Shown: positions 1 to 9,646, counted from the first letter of the stretch. The stretch: 27,310 nucleotides of DNA from an uncultured Eubacteriales bacterium (GCA_902462035.1 CABQAC010000001.1:1-27310); one strand, 5' to 3'. Notes: generated from the letters alone by a model not told the origin. A program made the numbers and translations.

Positions 1-434
1 AAACGGCGGGGTATTTCCGCCTGCGGCCCGCCGAACACATAGCGGCGCTCCCCCGCTGTTAAGGCGCGCCTGGCGGCCCCGGCCGGAAAAGGGCGCGCGC
101 CATGCTCCGCGTCCACCCCTACGTTGTGTTCCGATACCGCCAGCGCCACCAGTCCCGTGGTGTGGGTCAGGTTGAAGTGAAAGCCCGGCAAATCCGGAAA
201 ATACGGCTTGCCATGGGGGCCAGCGGCCATGGGCAGTTCAACCGCCTTCGCACCGAAAATGGAAGCGCAGGTCCGGCGCAGCAGTCCTTCCGCCAGCAGC
301 GCCTGCTGCCGGTCGGATTTTCTTCCAATTTGCATCAGCCGCGCTACGCGCTCGCTGGGCAGCATTTCCAGGCAGGCGCGTTCCTGTTCTTCTGTCAAAT
401 GTCCGGCCACTGGCAGCATATAAACATTGCCCAT
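1..434 (-). CDS. Sfp-type 4'-phosphopantetheinyl transferase, partial (runs off window start)
   Basis: Not in the ORF track. Manual translation from ATG at 434 (RBS AAGGAGG ~8 nt upstream) gives MGNVYMLPVAG...GPHGKPYFPDLPGFHFNLTHTTGLVALAVSEHNVGVDAE, matching the GKP, FNxSH and VGVDxE motifs of Sfp/ACPS enzymes. Confidence 0.85.
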   Translation of the reverse strand, partial: MGNVYMLPVAGHLTEEQERACLEMLPSERVARLMQIGRKSDRQQALLAEGLLRRTCASIFGAKAVELPMAAGPHGKPYFPDLPGFHFNLTHTTGLVALAVSEHNVGVDAEHGARPFPAGAARRALTAGERRYVFGGPQAEIPRR

Positions 435-591
435 CCGCATTTCCTCCTTGTTCTTTCTTCCTCACAGTGACAAAGGTCTCCATACTGCGTCATATTTTTT
501 ACCCATGCCAAGTATAAATAAAACAATCCCGCTTCCGCCATTCCTACTAAATTTGACGCCGCGCGGGAGGCGTGGAAAGGCATGGTCAGAA

Positions 592-1449
592 ATGTATCTT
601 ATCATCCGCAAAAAGCACGTGATCTCCGCCGCCCTTTGCATTGTCCTGGCGCTGGCCGTCGGTATCTTTTTTACCGTACGTGCCAACCAAAACACCGTAT
701 CGGCGGCCGCCGCCAACACCAACTGGGGGCTTAGCTTTCAAAAGGACGGCGCCAAACCGGTGGGAAACGCCTCGCCGGAGTTCCTCAAGCAGTACGATTC
801 CTATTATGTGGGCCCCGGCCAAGATAAGGTCATCTACCTGACCTTTGACGCCGGGTACGAAAACGGTTATACCCCCGCCATACTGGACGCGCTGAAAAAG
901 CACGACGTCAAGGCCACCTTCTTTGTGGTTGGCAATTACATTTCCAGCAACCCGGATCTGATAAAACGCATGGTGGCGGAAGGGCACACCGTGGGCAACC
1001 ATACCCATTCCCACCCTGACATGTCCAAAATTTCCAGTATGGATTCCTTCCAGCGGGAATTGCAGTCGCTGGAACAGCTGTACAAGGATACCACCGGCCA
1101 AGATATGGAAAAATTTTACCGCCCGCCCCAAGGCAAGTTCAGCGAGGAAAACCTAAAGATGGCAAAAGAGCTGGGTTACCAGACGGTTTTTTGGAGCCTT
1201 GCCTATGTAGACTGGTATGTGGATAACCAGCCGACCAAAGAACAGGCGTTTTCCAAACTGCTTCCCCGCATCCATCCCAACGCGGTAGTTCTGCTGCACA
1301 GCACCTCCAAAACAAACGCGGAGATACTGGATGAACTGCTGACCAAGTGGAAGGAAATGGGCTACACCTTCGGCACCCTGCAGCAGCTGACCCAAAGCTC
1401 TACCACCACATCTTCCCAAGCACCCGCCCCCACTTCCTCCGCCGCGTAA
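592..1449 (+). CDS. pdaA: Polysaccharide deacetylase (CE4), PdaA-like muramic delta-lactam deacetylase
   Basis: Motifs YLTFDAGYENGYT, GNHTHSHPDM, RPPQG, WSLAYVDW and LLHSTS; N-terminal transmembrane segment; start trimmed to MYLIIRKK. Confidence 0.8.
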   Translation: MYLIIRKKHVISAALCIVLALAVGIFFTVRANQNTVSAAAANTNWGLSFQKDGAKPVGNASPEFLKQYDSYYVGPGQDKVIYLTFDAGYENGYTPAILDALKKHDVKATFFVVGNYISSNPDLIKRMVAEGHTVGNHTHSHPDMSKISSMDSFQRELQSLEQLYKDTTGQDMEKFYRPPQGKFSEENLKMAKELGYQTVFWSLAYVDWYVDNQPTKEQAFSKLLPRIHPNAVVLLHSTSKTNAEILDELLTKWKEMGYTFGTLQQLTQSSTTTSSQAPAPTSSAA

Positions 1450-1490
1450 AAGCAAGCGTCCGGGCCGAACCGGCCCGGACGCTTGCTTTT
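1448..1490. terminator. Bidirectional intrinsic terminator between convergent pdaA and yqeY
   Basis: Perfect 20-bp inverted repeat AAAAGCAAGCGTCCGGGCCG-AAC-CGGCCCGGACGCTTGCTTTT. Confidence 0.9.
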
Positions 1491-1493
1491 TGT

Positions 1494-1943
1494 TCATCCG
1501 CCCAGCGTCTCCATCACCAGCCGGTTAACCAGCGAGCCGTCCGCTTTGCCTTTTACCAGCGGCATCAGGTTTTTCATCACCTTCCCTTTGTCCCTGGGTG
1601 TGGGCGCGGTAAGCCCCAGCTGTTCCAAGACCTGGGCGATTTGGGCTCGGATGTCCGCCTCGCTCATGCTTTGGGGAGCGAATTCGGCCAGGACCGACAG
1701 CTTGAACCGGCATTCCTCCGCGATGTCTGTCCTACCGGCGGGAGCGCTTTCCAGCGTTTCCTTGGTCTGCTTTATTTCCCGCAGTACCACCGCGTTTTCT
1801 TCTTCTTCGGTCAGTTCCGCCCGTTTATCGATGGTTTTGGCTTTCAAAGCGGCCAGCAACAGCGAAAGGCAGTCCTTCCGCGCCCTTTCCCCCGCTTTCA
1901 TTGCTTTGACCATCTCCGCCCGGACCTGTTCGGTTTTCGTCAT
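1494..1943 (-). CDS. GatB/YqeY domain protein
   Basis: MTKTEQVRAEMVKAMKAGE...VVLREIKQ...EFAPQSMSEADI...GKVMKNLMPLVKGKADG; GGAGG RBS before ATG at 1943. Confidence 0.85.
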   Translation of the reverse strand: MTKTEQVRAEMVKAMKAGERARKDCLSLLLAALKAKTIDKRAELTEEEENAVVLREIKQTKETLESAPAGRTDIAEECRFKLSVLAEFAPQSMSEADIRAQIAQVLEQLGLTAPTPRDKGKVMKNLMPLVKGKADGSLVNRLVMETLGG

Positions 1944-2220
1944 ATCGGTTTCCTCCCCATCTTGCCGCGCCTGTTTCAAGCGCCTTTGAACCGGTTGAAG
2001 TGTTGCAGCCGTCTATTTGCATCGAATTTATAAACAGAATTCTCCTGATAAGCCCTCATTAATGATTATGATTCACCGCAAGAATGGCTTTCAATCATGT
2101 TCTCCCGCATATTGCCTTCTGTCTTGTCATACTCCTTCCTTTCGCGGGTAAAGGCAAGGTACCATTTCATCACCGCAAAATCACAAAAGACGATACCAAC
2201 AACACCTTTTAGATAAGAGT

Positions 2221-2249
2221 ATTATACCCCCTTCCAGCAAAATCGGCAA
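2221..2249 (-). promoter_or_regulatory. Putative sigma-A promoter facing yqeY
   Basis: TTGCCG-17 nt-TATAAT on the minus strand. Confidence 0.5.
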
Positions 2250-2343
2250 GGACACGATAAAACATCTCTGACACAGAAAAACAAACGAAAACGCTAAGCG
2301 TTTTGTTTACGCCGCTATGATATATGTACCTCCAGCGCAAACA

Positions 2344-2372
2344 TTGACAAAGGCTTGTAAACGCCGTATATT
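2344..2372 (+). promoter_or_regulatory. Putative sigma-A promoter upstream of the TetR islet
   Basis: TTGACA-17 nt-TATATT; a second extended -10 (TGCTATAAT) lies at 2530-2538. Confidence 0.55.
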
Positions 2373-2569
2373 GTCACTATTCCTCCCAAAAATGCGCAGC
2401 GGAATTTTGATGACGGCCTGTTAGCAGATGCGGACAAGTTCCATCGCTCTGGCACGATAAGAATATTATTTTCCGTTTTACAAATCAACATGTTTTTGTG
2501 TTCGTGTCGTTCGATTCGATCTGTGAGCCTGCTATAATGAAACCATCAAAACAAAGGGGGTTCATAAAT

Positions 2570-2926
2570 ATGAACACAGATAAAATTTTCGCGGAGTCCA
2601 TCGCAAATCAATACGCGCCAAAAGATACCTCTAAGGTGGTTGCTCTTAAAAAATTAGACAGAAAAGCAAAACGCCCCTCTGATATTTTCGGGTACGCCTT
2701 TGGCATCGTTTCCGCTCTTGTTTTAGGCTTGGGGATGTGCCTTTCCATGGGCGTGATTGGCGGAGCTACACCGGTCTTCTTCGTCGCAGGCATTGCAATT
2801 GGTGTTTTGGGAATTGTGGGCGTCAGTATCAACTACCCGATTTTCAAAAAAATGCGGGCAAGCGGAATGAAAAAATATGCCAATGATATTATGCTTCTGG
2901 CAAAGGACATCAGCGAAAAGGAATAA
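2570..2926 (+). CDS. Small two-TM membrane protein of unknown function
   Basis: MNTDKIFAESIANQYAPKDTSKVVALKKLD followed by two hydrophobic helices; AAAGGGGG RBS. Confidence 0.75.
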   Translation: MNTDKIFAESIANQYAPKDTSKVVALKKLDRKAKRPSDIFGYAFGIVSALVLGLGMCLSMGVIGGATPVFFVAGIAIGVLGIVGVSINYPIFKKMRASGMKKYANDIMLLAKDISEKE

Positions 2927-2956
2927 GCATTGCGTTACAAGATGGGGGGCGGCGCC

Positions 2957-3535
2957 GTGAACAAGTCCGAAAGCAAATATTTCAATACCTCCGTCCGGAT
3001 GGATGAGGCTTTTTTAGAATTGCTGGGCCGCAAGGAATTCGAGTATATCACAATAAAAGAAATATGCTCCGCGTCCGGTGTAAACCGTTCTACCTTTTAC
3101 CTGCATTATGAAACGCTGAATGATTTGCTGATCGAAACGGCAGAGTATATCAACAACAAGTTCTTCTCTTACTTCGAGCATATTGATTTCCATCCTTCGG
3201 ATATTGTCGTTGCTCCAAAGGAATCTCTGAATTTTATCACGCCGGAATTTTTGACGCCTTGGCTTTCTTTTATAAAGGAGAACAAACGCCTGTATGGCAC
3301 CATACTAAAACGCTATGACACGCTGCGATTGAGCGAAAGCTATGCTCCCATTATGAAAAAGGTCATCCATCCTATTCTTGAACGCTTTGAGATAAGCGAT
3401 GATAATAAGCAATATATTATGCCATTTTATTTGGAGGGATTAAACGCTATTATTAAGGAGTGGATCAGACAAGATTGTAAAAAGGACATGGATGAGCTTA
3501 TGAAAATAATTATGGATTGCGTGGTTCCAAAATGA
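2957..3535 (+). CDS. TetR/AcrR family transcriptional regulator
   Basis: N-terminal HTH (AFLELLGRKEFEYITIKEICSASGVNRSTFYLHY); GTG start is inferred. Confidence 0.85.
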   Translation: MNKSESKYFNTSVRMDEAFLELLGRKEFEYITIKEICSASGVNRSTFYLHYETLNDLLIETAEYINNKFFSYFEHIDFHPSDIVVAPKESLNFITPEFLTPWLSFIKENKRLYGTILKRYDTLRLSESYAPIMKKVIHPILERFEISDDNKQYIMPFYLEGLNAIIKEWIRQDCKKDMDELMKIIMDCVVPK

Positions 3536-4200
3536 ACGCGAAGCCCTTGCTGTGCGCACTCAAAAAAGACAGCATAATGCGAATCTTTCTTTCCTCCGCG
3601 GTCTCCTTTATCGCAACGATGACCTTTTTCGCGTACAATTTTGTGATGGGGATTTTGTTGCGTTCTGTCTGGAATTTCAGTATTAGCTTTTACTATCTGC
3701 TTCTTGTACTTCTTCGAGCCTTCATCCTTTTTAACGAAAAGAAATGGGTGACATTGGCCGCCCGAGAAAGAGCCGCTAAGAGGATTCGCCTATTCAACAG
3801 CATCTGCCGGATGCTAATATTCGTAGATATTGCGCTGATTGTTCCAATTTCTCTTTTGGTGCTGTCGCAAAGAAGCGTTGCAATAGGGACGATACCAGCA
3901 ATCGCAACGGCAGCCTATACTACCTATAAAGTCATATTTTCTGTAGTGAATTACAAAAAGGCAAGAAAGCACGAAAACCTATCGGTATATGGATTGAAAA
4001 TCATCCATCTTAAAGATGCCATCGTATCTGTTTTGACGTTACAAAACACAATGGTAATGGTTTTTGGAACAGGAAGCTCCATGCTGCCGCTCACAGCAAG
4101 CACCAGCGCGGCAATGCTGATAGGAATGGTTATACTGACCCTGCTGCTGTTGCACAGAGGCCGCAAATTGCCTGATGAAATTACCAATTCGATCAGGTGA
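3532..4200 (+). CDS. Multi-pass membrane protein, hypothetical
   Basis: About 6 hydrophobic segments; ATGA overlap with the TetR stop codon. Confidence 0.75.
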   Translation: MNAKPLLCALKKDSIMRIFLSSAVSFIATMTFFAYNFVMGILLRSVWNFSISFYYLLLVLLRAFILFNEKKWVTLAARERAAKRIRLFNSICRMLIFVDIALIVPISLLVLSQRSVAIGTIPAIATAAYTTYKVIFSVVNYKKARKHENLSVYGLKIIHLKDAIVSVLTLQNTMVMVFGTGSSMLPLTASTSAAMLIGMVILTLLLLHRGRKLPDEITNSIR

Positions 4201-4646
4201 TGCGAGAAGCAATACGATTAAACGCCCTATCTGATAAGCACACGCAAATTAAAGCGCGTCACCGCTTGAAAGATAAAACCGCCTCCACCGCCCCTTTCTG
4301 AACAAGGATACAGATAAATACCGCCCCTTTTTGTAGGTTGCGCCGCCGTATATGGGTAACACCATAGCGGCGATAGCAGCTATTTTACTTTAACACCCAA
4401 AGGGCTTTATATCTTTTTGCTTCCTGTTACCGTTCTTTCTAAACCATTGCGCCCTTGGGGTACCAAAAGCTGTATTTTCCCCATTCTCAGGCATAAAACA
4501 ACGCCGGTAACCTGTAAAAACCTAGTGTTTGTACGGGTTTCCGGCGTTATTCTTGTCTCGCTCCATTACGAAACACATTGACGAAGAGAGATTATTCTAC
4601 TGTTTTTATTATCATCAATTCCGGAAAAGCGCACAACAGCCGGTTT

Positions 4647-6350
4647 TCAATCTTTCAGGCCGCAGTCAAAGTACAGAAAATACGGTTCGTATTCCGCGTA
4701 CTCGTAAAACGGGCGGAACCACAGCTCGGGGTGGCCTTTCACCCGGTAATGCAGCCCGCGGGTGTTTTCCAGCCCTTCAGTCACCGAAAGGCCGTCCACC
4801 AGCTTCTGTGCCTCGGTCAGCTTCATGGGCACGTCGGTTTTCGCCGCCAGCGCCACCGGCCCGTCCATCACCGCGCAGGGCTTGCCCGCAGCGGGGTCCA
4901 GCCTGCTGACCCACAGCCGCCGGGGAAGAATCAATTCCACGCGGTTGCCGTCGTTCCATTCCCGCCGGACAACCATCCAGCCGTTTTGTATTTGTTCTTT
5001 CTGCCGCGCGCCGTTGACAAACAAAGATAACGGCTCCGTTACCCAGCCAGGCACCCGGAAGGAAAGTGAAAAGCATGATGGGCGGTCTAGCGAAACGGTG
5101 AGGACCGTACGGTCATCTTCCGGGTATTCGGTCTCCTGCCGCACTTGCACGTCGCCGTCCGCGCCGCGCCATGTCAAGGCGGATGGGATATACTGGCTGA
5201 CATACAGCCCCGCGTCATCGTGGAAATAAATCAGCCGGGGCAGTTCAGCCACAGCCAGCGGCCGGGTGCCGGTGCAGCAGGTCCAGCCCGCCTGCCGGTT
5301 GATCTTTTTCGCGTCGTACAGGTTGTAGTCGGAATAGTAGATGACCTTACCGTCGCTTGTCATGGGAATGGTGGCCACCGTAGCGTTATAAATCAGCCGT
5401 TCGGTCCAGTCGCCGTACTTCGCCTCGCCGGTAAACCGCATCAGGTATTTTTCCAGCCGGTAAACCGCATAGGAACAGCACTGGGTCTCAAAGCTGTCGT
5501 GGCCGGTTTTCAGCGCGTGAATCATCCGGTCCAGCGGCATGATATGTTCGAATTCCGAACCGAATCCGCCGGTGCAGTAAGTTTGGGTACGGGTCATAAA
5601 GCGGTGGAACCGCTCCATCGCCTCCAGGTAATAGGGGTCGCCCTTAACCTCGTAGGCCATGGCGGCGCTGTTGAAGGAATTAACGTGGCTGTACGCGTGG
5701 CAGAATTCCGAAAAAAGGCCCGCTTTCGGCTTTTTGGGGAAGGGATCTTCACCCTTATAGAACAAATCCCAATACTCGCGGTATTCCCAGTATTCCGCGG
5801 CCTGCCTGGCTTTTTCGTACCCCGTGGCCCGGTAAGCGCGGTAAAGCGATTCGGGCATGGTATACCATTCGTGTCCGTTGTCCCCAAACAGGTTGGTACG
5901 GTCCATCTTTTCCGCCGCCAGGTCAACCAGGTCCCGGATATGCTTTTCCATCCCAAAGGTACCGCAGTATTCCATCACGTCCAAATAGCCCTGCAGCATT
6001 TTTTCAAAGGCATAAAAAGATTCTTTGCCCAACACCTTTTCCTGCAGAATTTTATAACATTCCAGCCAGCCTTTGACCATCAGGCTGATCTTATCCCGGT
6101 ATGCTTCCAGCCTGGTGATGGCATACATCCGCGCATGGGCAGAAAGCCACTGCCCCAGCAGCCCCATGCCGTGGTGCTGTTCGAACCAGCCGGTGTAATG
6201 CACGCCGCCCGCCGGCAGGCCGGCCAGTTCCCGCAATTGTTTGAGCATGTTGTCCACCGGAATGTTCAAGTAGAAGGCCATGGTCTCCTCCACCGAATCC
6301 CGCACCAATCCATCCAGGAGCGTTACGTCGCCATAATCAAAACTTATCAT
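4647..6350 (-). CDS. Glycoside hydrolase, GH127/GH146-like (beta-L-arabinofuranosidase, DUF1680)
   Basis: 567 aa with HAYSH, ETQCC, YGDWTERLIYN, WTCCTGT, LYVSQYIPS, QETEYP and RVPGW motifs; no signal peptide. Confidence 0.8.
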   Translation of the reverse strand: MISFDYGDVTLLDGLVRDSVEETMAFYLNIPVDNMLKQLRELAGLPAGGVHYTGWFEQHHGMGLLGQWLSAHARMYAITRLEAYRDKISLMVKGWLECYKILQEKVLGKESFYAFEKMLQGYLDVMEYCGTFGMEKHIRDLVDLAAEKMDRTNLFGDNGHEWYTMPESLYRAYRATGYEKARQAAEYWEYREYWDLFYKGEDPFPKKPKAGLFSEFCHAYSHVNSFNSAAMAYEVKGDPYYLEAMERFHRFMTRTQTYCTGGFGSEFEHIMPLDRMIHALKTGHDSFETQCCSYAVYRLEKYLMRFTGEAKYGDWTERLIYNATVATIPMTSDGKVIYYSDYNLYDAKKINRQAGWTCCTGTRPLAVAELPRLIYFHDDAGLYVSQYIPSALTWRGADGDVQVRQETEYPEDDRTVLTVSLDRPSCFSLSFRVPGWVTEPLSLFVNGARQKEQIQNGWMVVRREWNDGNRVELILPRRLWVSRLDPAAGKPCAVMDGPVALAAKTDVPMKLTEAQKLVDGLSVTEGLENTRGLHYRVKGHPELWFRPFYEYAEYEPYFLYFDCGLKD

Positions 6351-6482
6351 ATTTTCCCCTACCTTCCCCGATTCCTTTTTGGGTCATGCTGCTCGTTTTC
6401 ATCATATCCAAAACCGCAAACCGATGCAATGGGCAGTTCTTATAAACCTATGCTATTTTCTTTGGCGGTTATTCCGTATTTC

Positions 6483-6511
6483 TTGCATTCCCGTAACGAA
6501 TCCGGTATGAT
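6483..6511 (+). promoter_or_regulatory. Putative sigma-A promoter of the GNAT gene
   Basis: TTGCAT-17 nt-TATGAT. Confidence 0.5.
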
Positions 6512-6578
6512 AAAACCCAAAAGACTCCCGTTATCCAAAAATTCCAGAATGAACGCATGCGTGTAAGGAGGCGTTCGG

Positions 6579-7346
6579 ATGATCGAGATCCCCTATCAGC
6601 AGATGAGCCAAATCGCCCCCCTATTCCGCGGCTGGGAAGAAACCATGGTTTGGTCCTGCCTGCAAGGCTGTATGGGCCGCGCCTGGGCGGATAGCGCCGC
6701 AGCGCCCCGAAGCGCCAGAATCCTCATTGGCGATTTCTGCTTTTTGGCCGGCGCCCCCCAGCAAGCGCTGCTTTGGTCTTTTCCCCAGCCTTTTCCGTCT
6801 TCCTTCCTGCTGTTGGTTCCCCGCAGCCAAAGTTGGGGGGACCTGATTCGTCAAACGCACCCAGCCAGCCAGCCTTTTACCCGGTACGCAATCCGGAAGG
6901 GTACCGTATTTGACCGGAAGCTGCTGGAACGGTATACCCGGCGGCTGCCCGCCGGGTATACGCTGCGCCGCATTGACCGGGCGCTTTATCATACCGTTTT
7001 GCAAACACCCTGGTGCAAAGACTTTTGTTCCCAGTTCCCAAGCTGGGAGTCGTACGCGGCCCATGGGCTTGGTGTGTTGGCCCTGCGCGGCGGCGAAATC
7101 GCCAGCGGCGCTTCCTCCTACACCTACTATAAGGGCGGCATTGAAATCGAAGTAGACACGAACAAGCCCCATACCCGCCAAGGATTAGCGTTAGCCTGCG
7201 CCGCGCAGCTGATTCTCGACTGTTTGGACAAAAATCTGTACCCCAGCTGGGACGCGGCCAATCCGGCCTCGGTTCGCCTGGCGGAAAAGCTGGGCTACCG
7301 CCTTGCGGGGGAATACGAAACATTCTTCCTGCCTCTGGCAAAATAA
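6579..7346 (+). CDS. GNAT family acetyltransferase (YdfB-like)
   Basis: GIEIEVDT...RQGLA...PSWDAANPASVRLAEKLGY; AAGGAGG RBS. Confidence 0.85.
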   Translation: MIEIPYQQMSQIAPLFRGWEETMVWSCLQGCMGRAWADSAAAPRSARILIGDFCFLAGAPQQALLWSFPQPFPSSFLLLVPRSQSWGDLIRQTHPASQPFTRYAIRKGTVFDRKLLERYTRRLPAGYTLRRIDRALYHTVLQTPWCKDFCSQFPSWESYAAHGLGVLALRGGEIASGASSYTYYKGGIEIEVDTNKPHTRQGLALACAAQLILDCLDKNLYPSWDAANPASVRLAEKLGYRLAGEYETFFLPLAK

Positions 7347-7372
7347 CAGGGGGCGGCCGCTCTTTTCAATTC

Positions 7373-7403
7373 ATAAGCCCCCGCCCAAAGGGCGGGGGCT
7401 TAT
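7373..7403. terminator. Hairpin terminator between convergent GNAT and esterase genes
   Basis: ATAAGCCCCCGCCC-AAA-GGGCGGGGGCTTAT perfect stem. Confidence 0.8.
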
Positions 7404-7412
7404 CGGAGCCGC

Positions 7413-8234
7413 TTACGCGCGGAGATATCTGTCTGTTTCCGGCAGCCTTCCGGTCAGGAAAAAGTCCATGGCGCGCTGAATGGTCATGTCCCAAAAACGC
7501 CATTCGTGGCAGTAGCCCTCAAATTCTTCAAAAACCGCGTTAAGGTTCAGTTTTTGGGCGTATTCTTTAAATTCCAAGTAATCGGCATATAAAAAATCCT
7601 CCGTGCCGCAGGTCAAATAAAACCGGGGCAATGCGGATTTGCCGGAACCTTTGCCGAGCGTTTCCCAGGTGTTGCTGTCAGACGCGACGTATGCCTCGTA
7701 CCCGCCGGCGTTGCGAATGCTGTTTTGCATGCGCGCGTCCGGGTTCTTGGCTTTCTCCCGCAGGTTGCGGGGCGAAGCGGACAGCACGGCGCAGGCTTCG
7801 AATTTTTCCGGATGATTGACCGCGTATTGCATGGCGCCGCTTCCGCCCATGGACAAGCCGGCGATAAAGTTATCCTGCCGCCGGCCGGACGCCGGAAACC
7901 AACCGTGCACCAAGGGCATCAATTCCTCGGTTAAAAAGTCGCCCATCCGGTACCCGGTCATAAACCCGGGCCAATTTACATAGTTGGAGTTGAGGGCGCT
8001 GGGCATCACCACCATCAGCCGCCGCTCGCAGGCATACCGCTCCACGTTCGACTTGCGAATCCAGTCGGAATAATCGCCGTTGGTGCCGTGGAGCAGCCAA
8101 AGCACCTTGTACTTTTCCTCGTTCCCGTAAAATGCGGCCGGTTTTTCATCCCGCCGTATGTCCGGCAGGATAATCCCCACCTCCAGATTGTTTCCTAAAC
8201 ATTGGCTCTCAAAATTCAAACGCACCAGCGCCAT
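7413..8234 (-). CDS. Alpha/beta-hydrolase esterase (acetylesterase/tributyrin esterase family)
   Basis: LWLLHG, nucleophile motif GLSMGG, CGTEDFL (Asp) and HEWRFW (His). Confidence 0.85.
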   Translation of the reverse strand: MALVRLNFESQCLGNNLEVGIILPDIRRDEKPAAFYGNEEKYKVLWLLHGTNGDYSDWIRKSNVERYACERRLMVVMPSALNSNYVNWPGFMTGYRMGDFLTEELMPLVHGWFPASGRRQDNFIAGLSMGGSGAMQYAVNHPEKFEACAVLSASPRNLREKAKNPDARMQNSIRNAGGYEAYVASDSNTWETLGKGSGKSALPRFYLTCGTEDFLYADYLEFKEYAQKLNLNAVFEEFEGYCHEWRFWDMTIQRAMDFFLTGRLPETDRYLRA

Positions 8235-8317
8235 CCCGAGTCCCTCCTTTTCTGCTTCCGCGGTAACAGGCGGCAGTCCGCCGGCCGGTTATACCAGGGC
8301 ACACCTTTAAAGCATTC

Positions 8318-9392
8318 TTAAAACACGCTGCCGTGCAGTTTCCGAAATTCCATATACCGCAGCCAGTCGCTTCTGCTGAAGAAATGAAGTCCTTCCCGCA
8401 GGTGATAGCCCAGGCATCCTTCCAGCAGCGCTGTTCCCACTTCCGGCTTTTCGTCCGGCGTTACAAGACCCTTTTCGCCCAGCAGCTCGTATGCTTTCGA
8501 GGCTGCCGCGCAGGATAAAAACTCCGACCACGGATCCGCCCATTCGTCCAGGCTGGCGCTGCCCACACAAAGCGCGCGCGGCGCCATCAGGGCCAGCAGG
8601 TAATGCTGGTCGTACGGCAGATCGTATTCACGGTTCGCATACTGCAGATAATTCCCACAGAACTGATAGGGAAATATCCGCGCCATATGCGAGATCTGCT
8701 CCCCTATTTTTTCCCGGAACAGCGCGGCGCCCGCGCAGCCCGAATTATTAGAGATCCCAAGGGAAAATCGTTCGTCCTGGGCGGCGCACCATAAAGCGGT
8801 TTTCCCCAGCCGGGAATGTCCAACTACTGCAATCGATATCCGTACTGGTACATAAATAATCCATCACCCGGCTGGCTGCCCACGCCCAAACGGACAGTTT
8901 GCCCCAGCCCGTTTTTGCATCCCGGGGGTAGGCAGCGGGCAGCCCCGTCATAAAGCCGTCGTCCCGGTCCGGCGAAATATCCTCGTAGCAAAAGGAGGCG
9001 ACGGCATAGCCGTTATCCACCAGTTCCTCGTACGGGACAGGGTCGATTTGGCCGTTGGATCGGAAGGAGATGTGCAAAAAAACCGGCGGTTTTTTCACCC
9101 GTTTGGGAACGATCATCGTCACTTCAAAGCAGAAAGAACCGCGCGGGGTTCCAAACTCCACCGAAATCAAGGACTGGTCGGCTTTTCCCGCAAAAATATC
9201 CCGTTTTGCTCCCATAACCACACCGCGTACCGCCTCTGGCGGTTCCGGCGAAAAGCCATAAATCTCCCGGCGAAGGAGTGCCAAAATTTCCTCCCGGCGT
9301 TTGCGCCAGTCTTCCGGCGTAGCCACCTTTTTCCCATTGGAAAACCGCATCAATTCCGGCAGCTTCCGCTGCGCAAGGGCTTCCTGAATCAT
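8318..9392 (-). pseudogene. CE15 glucuronoyl-esterase-like gene, frameshifted at ~8832
   Basis: 5' part (…WGKLSVWAWAASRVMDYL…DID) continues in a shifted frame as IAVVGHSRLGKTALWCAAQDERF…SGCAGAA…GEQI…LPYDQHYLLALMAPR…DEWADP…GLH. Confidence 0.85.
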
Positions 9393-9538
9393 TTTGCGCT
9401 CCCCTTTCTCTTTTGCTTCGCGCCGCGCGTTTTCCCCACACAAAACAAAACGCGGGTGCCATCCGCGCCGGCGGGATTAAAAACCGTGGCTTTCCGCAAG
9501 CGGCTTACTCTTTCTACAATGGCCCATGGGCCGTTTTC

Positions 9539-9567
9539 AATATAGCATACCGCATGATTGAATACAA
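9539..9567 (-). promoter_or_regulatory. Putative sigma-A promoter upstream of the CE15 gene
   Basis: TTGTAT-17 nt-TATATT with extended TG. Confidence 0.5.
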
Positions 9568-9646
9568 GGGATCCATTCATCCAAAATTATTAACCGGAAA
9601 TTGTGCATTTCCCTGCGCGTAATAGAAAGAAACGGAGGCCGAAAAC

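Noticed and set aside
102..583. Short ORF-track ORFs at the window start
   Set aside because: They overlap the true PPTase frame or the pdaA promoter region and show no motifs.
2095..2130. 11-codon minus-strand ORF (MTRQKAICGRT) behind a purine-rich RBS, upstream of yqeY
   Set aside because: Too short, with no attenuator structure or recognisable leader-peptide composition; cannot be supported.
5145..6566. 473-aa plus-strand ORF
   Set aside because: Antisense shadow of the GH127-like gene in GC-rich DNA.
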